From positions 119,288,001 to 119,352,000 of the forward strand of contig OZ024742.1 in assembly GCA_964016885.1 (NCBI GenBank): a stretch of 64,000 bases of DNA. The letters are read 5' to 3'. The notes under the pieces are model-generated. The model was not told the origin of the DNA, ran no database searches, and saw nothing but the letters and a program-made list of their open reading frames with translations. This document shows positions 12,255 through 26,525 of the stretch, piece after piece. The DNA is from Eledone cirrhosa (Eukaryota). Every line of letters starts with the position of its first letter. The stretch's first letter is position 1. The position numbers were made by a program, and so were the translations under genes.

Positions 12255-12550
12255 TATATGTGCGTGTTTGGCTGTGTGTATGTATATGTACTTATTTCAA
12301 GAATAAACAAGGCAAAAACAGAGATGCAAAAACAAAAACACAAAGTCTTATTTGTTGGTAAGAATCAAATGTGGGTTTCTACGAATTTGCTATTTCCTGA
12401 AGAAGGTCTTATGTCCGATACGTGGAAACCCACATTTGATTCTTCCCAACTAATAAGACTTTGTGTTTTTGTTTTTACATCTCTGGTTTTGTCTTGTTTA
12501 TTCTTGAAAGAAGTACATATACATACACACAGCCATACACGCACACACAT
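12255..12550 (+). mobile_element. PLE-type fold-back mini-element, family E, with HHR at 12393-12429
   Basis: Inverted arms ~12255-12382 and ~12421-12550 within TA/CA repeats. The HHR reads UUUC-CUGAAGA-AGG..CC-GAUAC-GUG-GAAA; the other arm preserves the GUA triplet. Confidence 0.65.
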
Positions 12551-12588
12551 ACATATATACGTGTACATATATATACATTCATACATGC

Positions 12589-12674
<86 letters not shown>

Positions 12675-12689
12675 GCGTGCGTGTGTGTG

Positions 12690-13054
12690 TTGTAGAGCTA
12701 TAATTAAATATTAACAATAAGCATTGAGCTGATTAGTATTCGAATTTTGCTAAAGCCAAGGACGCTCACGGCTAGTCATTCAGTCTTTATATATACATGT
12801 CTGTAGGATTAAAAATATACACGTGTGAGTCATAGCTATATATGCATGTTTACAAACATAAAAACTGTTATACTATTAAGTTTCAAAAACCTGGTGGAAT
12901 GCGGTAGAAATATATAAAGGGCAAATGACAAATAAAACAAAATAAATTAATGTTTTACCCACTGTATTTTAACATGATATTTCAGGGCGGAACCCCCTTT
13001 TCAAACGGTTCAAAATAAAAACGAACATGATAAACACATTTCTATTACAGCCGT

Positions 13055-13055
<1 letters not shown>
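12690..13055 (-). mobile_element. PLE 3'-end fragment with minimal HHR variant (12971-13010)
   Basis: Minus strand reads AACCGU-UUGAAAA-GGGG..CCCU-GAAAU-AUC-AUGUU; bounded by (TG)n and (CA)n. Confidence 0.5.
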
Positions 13056-13094
<39 letters not shown>

Positions 13095-13226
13095 GCGCGC
13101 GCACACACACACACACACGCACGGACACACACACACACACACACATATGTATGTAAATAAGAATCTATGAATCTTTGTATGTATGTATATATGAATGTAT
13201 GTATCTTTGTATGTATGTATGAAAGT

Positions 13227-13767
13227 TATGTTGGGTCACTCTTGAGTGCTACTGATAACATATAACCCAGTACAACATGTCGCATGGTCGGGTCGTCGGC
13301 AACTAAACCTGACAAAGGGTGGAAGAAATTATAAGAGTCAACGGCCATCCTAAAATGTGTAAATATGTATATACACATATACATATGTATATGCATGTGT
13401 GCATGTGTATGTATATGCGCGGGGACATGGAAATAGTCGGGCTGGATACCCGATTCACATGGTTAAACCACTGTGAGTGAAGGACCCCTAGACTTTGTCA
13501 GGGTATTTCTCTAGGATAAGGCAACTCAAAAAACTAGGATAACCCCGATATAAAATCTGCGGCTCAGTAGTTACCGATGATGTTGATGTTTTCTTCTTTT
13601 CGGGTTATAGCTACTGTCGCTCAGAGAGTGGGATTGGCTCAGTGCACAGTCTTTCCTCACTTTAAAAAAATCTTCATGCACAGGTATTGCACAATGGAAT
13701 TAATTAATAATTATTAATAATGGTATATCATGCAATGGCCATACTCGATAACGAGGGGGCAGCCATC
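13227..13767 (+). mobile_element. Non-coding retroposon family D with (TATG)n tail
   Basis: Shared leader with 4632(-) and 14625; 3' end GGCC.TACTC...ACGAG..GGCAGCC followed by (TATG)n. Confidence 0.6.
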
Positions 13768-13870
13768 ATGTATGTATGTATGTATGTAAGTATGTATGTA
13801 TGTATGTATGTATGTATGTATGTATGTATGTATGTATGTATGTATGTATGTATGTATGTATGTATGTATG

Positions 13871-14570
13871 TTCTTCTGGTTTTATAATTTCACAAAGTTT
13901 TACCAATAGAGAGAGAGTCGGTTTCTAACATAGACACAAGACTCTCTCATTGGAATTTACATAACATCAACTAGGTAGATATTATGTATGCATGCATGTG
14001 TAGATATGGATGTTATTGTATGTGTGGTTGTGTATGTTTTGAGTTGTATGTGTGCTTGTGTTTATGCTTAGTATCTGAACTTGTGTATATGCAGTTATTA
14101 CATGCAAACATTTTGGACTGTTTTACATATTTTTACTGTTCCATTAATGGATTGTACTTGTAATTTCCTAACTAGATGTGTTCTTTCTGTTCCTGCGAAG
14201 CCCAGCTTCTCAAGATTTGTATTGAGGCAGTTACGAACATATCCCAGTGTCCCAATAACCACAGGCATAAATCTGAAGGTGTAATCAGGGTGGAGTATCT
14301 GCATATTTCTCATCAGTTCTGCATAAATAATCTCCTTTTCGCTAATCTTTGATATTATATTGGCATCTGCTGGGCAGCTAACTTCCACTACTGTGCATGC
14401 ATTCTTTTCCCTGTCCCATATCATAATATCTGGTCTGTTATGCCTGCATTTTATTGGGGTTTTTACTGGAACATTCCACCAGTACTCTTTCATATTATGT
14501 ACATGGATGTCTTCCACATTGCTGTAGCTTTTAATGTATTTATTATCGGGGCTATATTTTCTACGGATTG
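13871..14570 (-). mobile_element. R4/Dong 3' fragment, same family as 5551-8312
   Basis: Closely matches 5551-6240 and has the same 3' junction to (TATG)n. ORF 14098-14517 contains RHNRPDIMIWD..EVSCP. Confidence 0.9.
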
Positions 14571-14624
14571 TATTGTATTATAGGAACTATCTTTTCTACT
14601 GATTGAATTGTATGTATGTATGTA

Positions 14625-15213
14625 TGTATGTAACATGTATCCCAGTACAACCTGTCCCATGGTCGGGTCGTTGGCGACTAAACTGGCAACCCCACCAATG
14701 TTTCTTGGTGAGGAGGGTGACTTTGGACATCCTGCAGGACTAAAAACAAAACTTGTCAAAGGGCAAAGGAGCTCTTAAGAGTCAATGCCCATCCAAAATC
14801 ACCGGGAGAGATGACCCCTTAGCCTTTGTCAAGGCAGAATTCTAGGAGAAGGAAAACTCTGATATAACACCTGCAACCCTGATGGTATCCAATGATGTTG
14901 ACTTGTTCTTCTTTTTGGTAAATATCATCTTGGTTAAGAGAGTGGGACTGGCTTTGTGCAGAGCCTTTGCTCACTATAAAAGCTTCACGGCACAGGCATA
15001 GCTTTATATCTGGAGATCTCTCTGCACTTATCGTGACATGGTACCATGGGCCCAGCACTATGTGTCAATAATTGTCACAGGTGTAGTGTTTGTACCAGAG
15101 TTTTCAAGTCGCTGGCTGGACTAAAAAGTCACACTCGTTCAGCGCATCGGTAGGGATTCTCCTACATGGATATAAAGTAGTGGCCGTACTCTAAAACGAG
15201 TTGGCAGCCCCCA
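14625..15213 (+). mobile_element. Non-coding retroposon family D, diverged copy with (TATG)n tail
   Basis: Same leader, internal GATGTTG..TTCTT..GAGAGTGGGA.TGGC block and 3' end as 13227-13767. Confidence 0.6.
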
Positions 15214-16858
15214 TGCATGTATGTATGTATGTATGTATGTATGTATGTATGTATGTATGTATGTATGTATGTATGTATGTGTGCACGCATGCATGTATGT
15301 ATGCTTGTATGTATGTATACATGCATGTATGTATTTATGACTGTATGTATGCATATATGTAAGTATGCAGGCGCGGTGGAAGCATTTCTGAATTGTGTGT
15401 TTGTGTGTAGGAGGGGGGGGGGGCATATTTGGTCAATTTAGTTCTAGTGATTAGTTTCGCTGTTATTATCAAATATATGTAATACATAAATACTTCGATA
15501 TGCGATAAACATAGCATCTACATAAATTGTAGCGCATATACTGATAGATGTGTATTTTGGTAGTTTGGGGAGAATATATAATTATTGGTGGGGCCCATCC
15601 CCCCACCCTGCCCGCAGTTCTACTGTTCCTTGTATGTATGTATGTATGTATGTATGTATGTATGTATGTATGTATGTATGTATGTATGTGTGCGCGTGTT
15701 TGTGTGGGTGTGAGTAGTTGTCCCCTCGCAATCTCTCGGTGTAGAGAATGATTGTCACCAGATTTCAATTCTCTAAACCAACATATGACCATTACTATTT
15801 CATATATATAAAAAAAAAAAAAAAAAATCTGTCTCTTAATAGTTAGCTCAATCACCGGAGGCAAACACGTACACAGTCCTCACCATGTGATGACACTGAA
15901 CGGAAAGCGATAATCTTTTTGCTGCACATAATATTTAATGTATATCTAATTTCAGAGTTGATCTCATGACATAATGGTGGTTAAAACTGACAAGCTCTAG
16001 ACAAGCTCTTTCAAATATTTCGTTGAAAAGGGCTCGGTCACAATGAAACATATGGCAATGTACAACTAATCACGTATATTTTAATGTAAAGCTTAACGAT
16101 GGTTTATAATTAAGGCAGAAAGCCAGCAATTTGAAGGAAGAAGGAAGTCGATTATATCAACCATGTACTTGACCGACACTTTATTTCATACATATATTTT
16201 GTGTTTATTAAAAAAGATAAAAGAAAGAAAATTATAATTTATCAATATTTTATTTTTAATCGAAAAAGGAGAAAAAGAAAAAAATTGAATAGCTGAAGTA
16301 AGGGAAACGGTGAAGGAAGCGACAGACTTTACACAGTCGAAACAAAATGGCGAAGGATTGCCACGGAGAACAGCCAGCGACACCAGCTACATAAGCAACT
16401 CTACATCACGAGGCTTCTTCTTCAGGTGGAACGAACTCCTTCCGATTTTGCAAAGGTAAACGGCAGTTCAGGGATCGAGGGGACCAGGGATCTTGCTGTT
16501 GATTATATTATTGATCCTGGAAGGAAAAGTTGCCTGGAGGAAATAGCACAAAGTATTTTGCCAGACACTCAAACGATTCTTCTAAACCACCGTGCTCGAA
16601 TAATAATTGTTTCTACTTTTGGCACAAGGCCAGCAATCACCCCAGTGCATTACTGGTACTTTATTTTATCGACCCCGTAAGGATGAAAGGCAAACCTAAC
16701 AATAATAATGATGTCTTTATATCACTATTCTTCTCTAAACATAGTCTTTAAAGAATCCCCTTTCTTTAAATCCATCAACCAATGTCCCCCACCCATCACA
16801 ATCACCACCCTCTCCTACCACCAGAACATTTAAATACCACCATATTACATCGACAATT

Positions 16859-17000
16859 GGCTTCCTGATGATTTCTCCCGAATGAAACAGTTCTAGTCAT
16901 GTAGGAGCCATTTCTATATTAAATATTTATACTCTGCTATGTATTGAGTACCTTACTTACTGTGGTTACCCCTGATTGAACACGAGATAACCCCCCCCCC
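16859..17000 (+). ncRNA. Family C PLE end with a complete type I hammerhead (16859-16909)
   Basis: GGCUUC-CUGAUGA-UUUCUCCCGAAU-GAAACAGUUCUAGUCAUGUA-GGAGCC, then the family C tail and (TA)n. Confidence 0.75.
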
Positions 17001-17196
17001 ATATATATATATATAAATAAATAAATATATATATATATAGTTGAACAAATAAAACGAAACAAACACAGGGATGCAAAAACACAAAGGAGGAAGTTCGACA
17101 CTTCGGAGGTTCTTTGTCGTGAAATAGAGAGTTCGGATAGGGAGAGAGCAGGTAGATACATGAAAGTTTGGAAAAGGTTGAAAAGGGGTGAAATTA

Positions 17197-18679
<1,483 letters not shown>

Positions 18680-19339
18680 TGAACGGGTTTCGCTGACCGT
18701 GGTGATCTCTGCCAAACATCTTTTGTAATGTATCTTCTTATTGGCTAATTTCATCGTCTTATTGGCTAATCAACCAATGAGAGTAATTGTTGCTCAAAAG
18801 CATCCGCCACTTTGTTTTCACGTTTATTTATCGTTTCGCTTTCGAATCTTCTTCCTGTATTTCGTCGTTTATCCTCAAAATATTTTTCTCGTTTTGGTAA
18901 GTTATATTGTTAATTTATATATGATTTTTAAATTTATATTAACTATTTTTTTTCAGTTCGTTATAACATGCTTATAATATTGAATGTACCATATTTACTT
19001 GTATATTTGTCCGTATTATTGTTCGTTTTATGTTAGATTATTATTTTATTATTATTATGTTAGATTATTTTTTTTATTATTATGTTAGTATGTAATATTT
19101 AATTTTTATTAATTCAACTATAACAATTATTATGTAAAATATATTTATTTAATATTGATTGTTTTCTGTAGTTATTTATATTAAAAGTCTGAAAATATTT
19201 TTATACATCTTACAATAATATTTATAAGATCATTTATACATTAACAATTATATAATCTAATTACATTACAACGATAATTTATTATTAATATATATCATGT
19301 TTAACTAGAGTTATTACAAACGTTGCCTTAAAAAATATT

Positions 19340-19786
19340 AAACTAGACCTGAAAAATGCGCAAGCTCAAAAGAGCCACAGAATGTTATAATAAACCTTCA
19401 AAAGTGTGGAACTAGAGTTGTTGCTCAAAAATATTGTTATCATTATCTATCGTACACTCTGTGGCATCCTTTTATAAAAAAGAGACTCATAACGAACTCA
19501 AGATGCTACAATTATTTAAGCTAATGTTCAATATCTCATATTAGATGTTTAGTAATGATTAATACGAAATGCACTTAAACCGAATTCTATATTATAAATT
19601 CACTTAAATAATTATCGTGTCGACTTGAGTTGGTTATGAATCTCTTTTTTATAAAAGGATGCCACAGAGTGTACGATAGATAATGATTACAATATTTTTG
19701 AGCAACAACTCTAGTCCCACACTTTTGAAGGTTTAATATAACATTCTGTGGCTCTTTTGAGCTTGCGCATTTTTCAGGTCTAGTTT
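19340..19786. repeat. Long inverted repeat (MITE or PLE fold-back)
   Basis: ~160-bp arms 19340-19502 and 19625-19786; the right end abuts (TA)n. Confidence 0.7.
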
Positions 19787-20819
19787 ATATATATATATGT
19801 GTGTGTGGTGTCTCTAATGTATGTGTATGTAGTAGCAGTGAATTATGTCAACTGTCTCAGACATTCCACTATTATTATTTGACAGGATTGGCAGAGCGTC
19901 GGACACTATGCTTTACAATTTAGAGTTACGGCCCTTTACGTTCCATGTTCAAATCCCGCCGAGGTTAGCTTTTCGGTAATGCACTGAGGTCAATTTAATC
20001 GACTTTCACACCCAATTCACAAATTACTGGCTTAGTGCCTAAAAGTAGAAAAAAAAAATTATTGTTGTTGTTGTTGCTTATGTTGATATCGATTTGCTCT
20101 TTAAATTTCTTTCCATAACATTCCAGGCAATGATGCATGTTAATTTCTTACAAAATTCTTGTTTCCAGAAATTCAGTTGTTATAGAAGAATGCATGTGTG
20201 AACGTGTGTGTATATGTGTATGGGCGAACGCATATGTGTATTAGGATGTATATAAGAGACGGAGACAAATGAACGTATAAAATATTTACGTGGGATAGGA
20301 AGTGTCAGCCATCTTAGCTCGTCATTGTAAGATATATTCAAATAGTAAAGATGATGCATAAATATGAATTGCATTGAATAGGTTTGAAATGTTTATTTGG
20401 TTTGCAAATTTTTATCATTCTATCAGGCGTAGGATTTTTATTATTCTATAGGAACAATATTCCATTGAGGGTTTCAATTAAGGTACGTAATGGCTCATTA
20501 ATTGTTGAGGGGTTGAAGTATTTTCTGGCCATGATGAGGACATTTTTGTGTTTGTTTTGAAATGGAATATTTGATACATTAAGGATGATAGATCGCCAGT
20601 TTAGATGATGATACCTCGCATTTGAAGCGACCCTCTATGTTTCCAACTGCGTGAGTCAATAGACCCAGTGGTTAAATAACAAGATTTCCCCCGTAGGATG
20701 AAGTCGTAAAGAGCTCGGCTAGTACATAGGCATTGTGTATAAAATATGAGTGTGTTTGGATAAACTGTATACTCTGTAGCACTCATTGAGTACTCTCTTC
20801 CTCTTTTGAAAACAAGCTT

Positions 20820-21218
20820 TAAAATCTGAATGCTACGGTGGAGTCTGTGCTGCTGCACGGACACTGACCAAGAAACTCACTCAGATGGTGGATGGGTGCT
20901 ACACGAAAATGCTGAGGATAGCTCTGAACATTAATCAGTATATACTGAGGATGAAGAACTCAGAGCTGTACGGGAGCCTCCCAAAAGTCAGTTCAAGAGT
21001 AGCAAGGAGGAGACTGAGGTTAGCTGGACCTGCACTCAGTGCTCCTATGGTAGCCCCTGCATAGACACACTGGAAGAAGAAGACCGAGGTTAACATATGT
21101 TGATGCCCTAAGGACAGACACTGGTCTCTTGGAGACGCAGGACATGGCAGCGATAATGATGGACGGTGACCGCTGGAGAGAACTTGTCCACGGATCTCGG
21201 GAATTTTACCCGCCCTAG
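20820..21218 (+). pseudogene. RTE-type LINE 3' fragment
   Basis: DGCYTKMLRIALNI, ELYGSLPKVS..RRRLRLAG. Confidence 0.65.
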
Positions 21219-21342
21219 ATATATATATATATATATATATATATACGGAAAAAAGTAAACGAAGTAACAACGCAGGTGAACGATACAGTACAATAAAGAT
21301 ATCTAGTATGTAAACAATCTTATTATTTCGGATATATAGGGA

Positions 21343-21560
21343 GGTGGATTGGCAGTATCGGTAGAACGTCGGTCACTATGCTTTGCAGCATAGAGTTACA
21401 GCCCTTTATGGTCTGAGTTCAAATCCCACCGAGGTTAACTTTGCTTTTCATTATTACGAGGTCGATAGAATAAAACACCAGTAATGCACTGGGGTCGATT
21501 TAATCGACTTCTCCTTCCACCAAAATTACTGGCCTTGTGCCTATACTAGAAATCATTATT
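21343..21560 (+). mobile_element. tRNA-derived SINE, long form (others at ~19886+, 31325+, 31740+, 49305-, 58362+, 60470-, 62545-)
   Basis: A-box TGGCAGTATCGG, B-box GAGTTCAAATCCC, GTCGATTTAATCGAC hairpin and (ATT)n tail. Confidence 0.85.
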
Positions 21561-21606
21561 TCGGATATATATGTATATGCGTATATGTGTGTGTGTATGT
21601 GTGTGT

Positions 21607-21890
21607 GAAGGTGCGTGGCTTAGAGGTTAGCGTTTTTGGTTCACGATCATAAAGTCGTGAGTTCGATACCCCTCGACCTGTTGTGTCTTTCAGCTGGTTG
21701 TAAAAGTGAGTTGTACCAGAAGTTCAAATGGCTAGTCTTGTCACTCACAGTCACGCTAAATCTCCTTCAGGCACACTTTAAAGGTACACGTATCTGTGGA
21801 ATGCTCAGTCACTTACACGTTAATATCACAAGTAGGCAGTTCCGTTGATCGTATCAAGTGGAACACTTGTCGTCGGAATCAAAGAAGGCC
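21607..21890 (+). mobile_element. Second tRNA-derived SINE family (also 23318-23432 minus, 38042-38330 plus)
   Basis: Head GAAGG.GCGTGGCTTAG.GGTTAG...GAGTTCGAT; the other copies carry the CCTTGAGCAAGACACTT central block. Confidence 0.7.
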
Positions 21891-21893
21891 CCT

Positions 21894-21930
<37 letters not shown>

Positions 21931-21937
21931 CTCTCTC

Positions 21938-21971
<34 letters not shown>

Positions 21972-23462
21972 ACACACACGTGTTTCTGTGTTTAAGTATG
22001 TAAGAACTTTTCCTGCAAACATATGTTAGACATGACTATGATCAAGTTTGATATTATTTATTACGAATTTTCATATTTTTTCATTAGTTCTTTATATTTG
22101 GTTTGGAACAATAATTTTCTTAAATCCTATCTATTAAGTGATTTATTATTTTGTGCTTAAGTCTTTTTAGTTTGCATAGTAAATTCTAAGTCCGTTGCAT
22201 GTATGTATGTGTTTATTTTTAGTATAACGTCCATAGTTACTCTTGTCTTATAAAAGATTCTATATAGAATTGTAATATTATCAACTAATGTTTTTCTACC
22301 TAATGCTGTTACATGTGCTGCATTATATTGTATTGTAATGGCTCCGTGCTGTAAATCCATGTTTGTGAGTCCTTAAAATTAATGTTTTACTTAGGTAAAC
22401 ATACTACATGATTTATGCTTCTCATAAATTTTAGCTACTAGAATATTTTCTAGTAGCTAATATTTTCTAGTAGCTAATATTTTCCATACGCTGACGCGTA
22501 TGTGCATATGTGTGGGTGCGTGTGTGTATGCACATATGCATATATTTATATGCATGAGTATATAAATATAAACGTGCAAACACATACACGCTTCCTCTTC
22601 CTTCCTTTTACACACACATGCATTGACGCAAGTAGCAGACGTAAGAGAGAGGAGTTGTATTCGGTAGTCAAACTTCTCTCTCTTTACGTGTAGTGACAGA
22701 ATCGCAGAAATTCATATATAGATTAAGAGCCTTTCCTAATTTCAGTAGATCTAAACTGAAAGCACTCAGTAACTTAAAAAAATAAATATGTTGGGTGTAA
22801 AACACATTTAAAGAAATTGTTTAGCGTTAAAATGAGGAAATTATAAAATTATTTGGCGAATGATTTCCTAAAATGTCTACAAATGTATCTAAATTCCTTA
22901 TTGAGTATTCTTACACAGTGTCGATGTAAGTATTATGAAAATCCAAATCAACGTGCAGTCGATTTTACTATAACACACTTGTCAAATTAGTATGGTTATA
23001 ATCGATATTGGCTAAAGATTGCAAACATAAATGTGGCATGTAAACTAAAATAATTCCCATGTGTCATTCTCTAAACTTGATAAAAGCTTTCTTACGTATC
23101 AATGATATCCTATCAAATACATATCTAATAATTTCTGGCGATTCCATCACCCCAAGTATCTTTTAGCTTTTTTCTCATGAAAGCTTATTCAGTCACCATT
23201 AACCACATCTATCGCCAGTTGATTGACTTTCCTCAAATCGGACCGAGGAAACAATGTTTCCGATGGTCTTTCCAATTGCTAATACTATCTATCGGTCGCA
23301 ACTCCAGGTAAAAGGAACATCGTGAATAAAGTGTCTTGCTCAAGGACATAACGCATCGCCCGGTCCAGGAATCGAACTCACAACCTCACGATTGTGAATC
23401 CAATTCTCTAACCACTCAGCCACGCGCCTTCACATCTATGTCAATAATATAATGCATTAGAC

Positions 23463-23905
23463 CAGAGTTGAGCAAACTATTTAGTGTGAGGGGTTCATTG
23501 CATATGTATAAAAAACCTGGGTACATCTGCGCTGAGACAAATAATTGTTTCTACTTTAGGCACAAGGCCAGCAATTACCCAGTGCATTACTGGTACTTTA
23601 TTTTATCGACCCCGTAAGGATGAGAGGCAAAGTCAACCTCGGCGGGATTTGAACTCAGATCGTAAAGGGACGTAACTATGCTGGAAAGCATGGCGTCCGA
23701 CCCTCTACCGATACTGCCAATCCAACGCTGAGACAAATAATGGAACTTTAATTTTACAACCTCGGTATGTGACATATTATATTACTGTTTTGGGCTTAAG
23801 TCTTAAATAATTTTATTTTACTGAATAAAGACCTCGACACCGAATAGTTTTATATCTGAATGTGGGTGAAATTCTGCTTGCGGGCAATGACTTCCCCCTC
23901 CTCTG
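23463..23905. mobile_element. hAT(Charlie)-like MITE interrupted by a SINE
   Basis: Ends CAGAG.../...CTCTG with 8-bp flanks CATTAGAC and CTCTAGAC, which resemble the NTCTAGAN target. Confidence 0.45.
23546..23725 (-). mobile_element. tRNA-derived SINE, short young form (others at ~24950-, 25310-, 29653-, 30232+, 31550+, 32488+, 48870-, 49116-, 59268+, 60019+)
   Basis: A and B boxes present; 16-bp TSD CGCTGAGACAAATAAT at 23530-23545 and 23726-23741. Confidence 0.9.
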
Positions 23906-24947
23906 CTCTAGACGATCAGATTCTCTATTATGAGCTAACGAGCAAGCCGTCTATGTAGTCGCTCGATTTGTTAGAAATAGCAGTCAAATCTTTCTAAAAT
24001 CATATGCTACTGACCTAAAAAAGAGCACCTTGGCAAATGCGACTTTCTACACGCTATGTATAAAAAAAAGATAGATTGGTTATGATGGGACGGACGGCTT
24101 TCAAATAATTGTTTTCCGGCAAAGTCAGTCTGGAGCTAAACCTTAACAACAACAATTATATAATACAATACAAAAAACTAGCAAATTTCTATGTGTATAT
24201 TCACCTTAAGAACAGCTGCCAAGTTTCATTCAAATCATACATAGTGTCTTAAAACTGGAAGAGCACATCGCATAATGTTGTTCCGAAGACGTTGTATCTG
24301 AATAAATGATATAATGGTCACAACTGGTGCGCTTTTGATAATGAATCACCTTGAACAGAGCTGACCTGTAGTTAAAAAAACAACATAACAACAATACTCT
24401 ACATCTTTGTATACTGTGTGCTGCCCCAGCCAGTCGGCTTGAACAAGTAAAAGAGTTTATTCACCCAGGGCAACAATTCCTCCTGCCACTATCCTTTTAT
24501 TACATCAACAGCGACAGCTGTATATATATGTATATATATGGTATTAGGATTAGTGCTCTGAAATAGCGATGTATACATGAATGTATGTATAGTATATTTG
24601 GCAATATACCGTATGTTTAATTAAAAACATTTTGAAGACCATACGCTATCGGTTTTAAAGTAGTGACTATGTCACTTACTTCTTTTCGGTGAAAGAAGGG
24701 AGAGAAGCTAACAGTCTGTTTCACGCTGTTGGTGATCATCAAAGCCACGCACTCCCTGCTTTCGCCGAAAATTATAGAAGCTGGATTCTTATAGAATTCT
24801 AGTAATAATCAAGAAGAAGAAGAAGAAGAAGAAGAAGAAGAATCATTCCCAAGAGTCAAATCTCTCTGCATATGCGCTTCAGAAAATTGGAAGTGATTTG
24901 AAGTGAAATCACTTTACTTGTTGCGTAAAAGTTTCTATTTTAACATA

Positions 24948-25600
24948 ATTGTTTCTACTATTTAGCACAAGGCCAGCAATTACCCAGTGTATTACTGGTA
25001 CTTTATTTTATCGACCCCTTAAGGATGAAAGGCAAAGTTAACCTCGGCAGGATTTAAACTCAGTCCGTAAAGGGACGTAACTATGCTGCAAAGCTAGCGT
25101 CCGACCCTCCACCGATACTGCCAATCCACCGCATTTTAACATAATGATTGCAAATCTATTTGCTTTGTCCTAGTGATTGTAAGGAAATGCAAAATATTTT
25201 TTCCGTTCCTTCTCTTTCCACTCTTAGACCCTATTTCATCTTTTATTTCTGATTCTATTTTCTAATGAATTTAAAGAAGAAATATAAAGATTGAGAAAAA
25301 ACCTTTTTTATTGTTTCTACTTTTTGGCACAAGGCCAGCAATTACCCAGTGTATTACTGGTACTTTATTTTATCGACCCCTTAAGGATGAAAGGCAAAGT
25401 TAACCTCGGCGGGATTTAAACTCAGTCCGTAAAGGGACGTAACTATGCTGCAAAGCTAGCGTCCGAGTGATTGTAAGGAAATGCAAAATATGTTTTCCGT
25501 TCCTTCTCTTTTCACTCTTAGACCCTATTTCATCTTTTATTTCTGATTCTATTTTCTGATGAATTTAAAGAAGAAATATAAAGATTGAGAAAAAACATTT
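24948..25600. repeat. Tandem duplication of SINE + flank
   Basis: 24948-25305 is repeated at 25310-25600, with a deletion at ~25466. Confidence 0.8.
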
Positions 25601-25630
25601 GTTATAGAAAAATAACAGGTCCATTCATGT

Positions 25631-25685
<55 letters not shown>

Positions 25686-25728
25686 CATACATACATACGC
25701 CCCTTCACACACATATATACATATATAC

Positions 25729-25769
<41 letters not shown>

Positions 25770-26525
25770 AGGGTGTTAAAGTTTGCTTGAAGCATTGTGA
25801 AATGTGTAAAATACGTATTTAAGAAAGCCACAACAATGCAAAGGGAAATCTCGAGGTAGGAAGTGAAATATAGATAGGAAAAACAGGTGAAAGTGAAAGT
25901 TGAGAGAGACAAAGATGAAAACAAAACAAAGGTAGAAGGGTTACCGTAGTAGAGATTTTAATCCCAATATTTCGGGCTCACGCCCATCAACGGGGGAAAA
26001 GTTCCAAAAGGGGGGAAAACAGGCCAAGCGGAGAAAGTGGTGATGTCGTTAAGACAGGAATGCCGTTATGGGGAGAAAAATATTTAAAATTTAAACGAGG
26101 GAGAGAATGCGCGTGCGCGTGATAAGCTGTGGCAAAAGCTACTGACCAAATGGGTTAAATCAAGAGGGTGCGTTAGCGTGTGAAAGCCTTAAGATATGTG
26201 TATGTAAATATATATGTGTGTGTGACTGTGTGTGTATAAGTGTAAGTGTGTATATGTGTGAGTGTGTGTGTGTGTGAAAGATAGTGGGCTGTAGAAGTTG
26301 GAAATCAAAGGGTGTGTGTGTAACTGTGTATGTATATGTGTGAGTGCGTTTGTGTGTGAAAGATAGTGGGCTGTAGAAGCTGGAAATCAAAGGGTGTGAA
26401 AGGTGGTAGGTTGTAAAAACATGTGTGCGTGTAAAATATAGAAGTGTGTGTGCATGCGTATGGGTATGCATATACGTGCGTGTGTGTGAATATAGCAGGC
26501 CGTAGGCTGTGAATGGTCATTATGG

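Noticed and set aside
16293-16455. Possible host exon (open frame AEVRETVKEA..., AG/GT bounded)
   Set aside because: No polypyrimidine tract, no recognisable protein motif and no partner exons.
19345-19375. CTGAAAA..GCGCAAGC as a hammerhead
   Set aside because: There is no GAAA, stem III or stem I partner.
21343-21430. tRNA gene
   Set aside because: The A/B boxes belong to SINE heads; there is no cloverleaf and the sequence continues into the SINE body.
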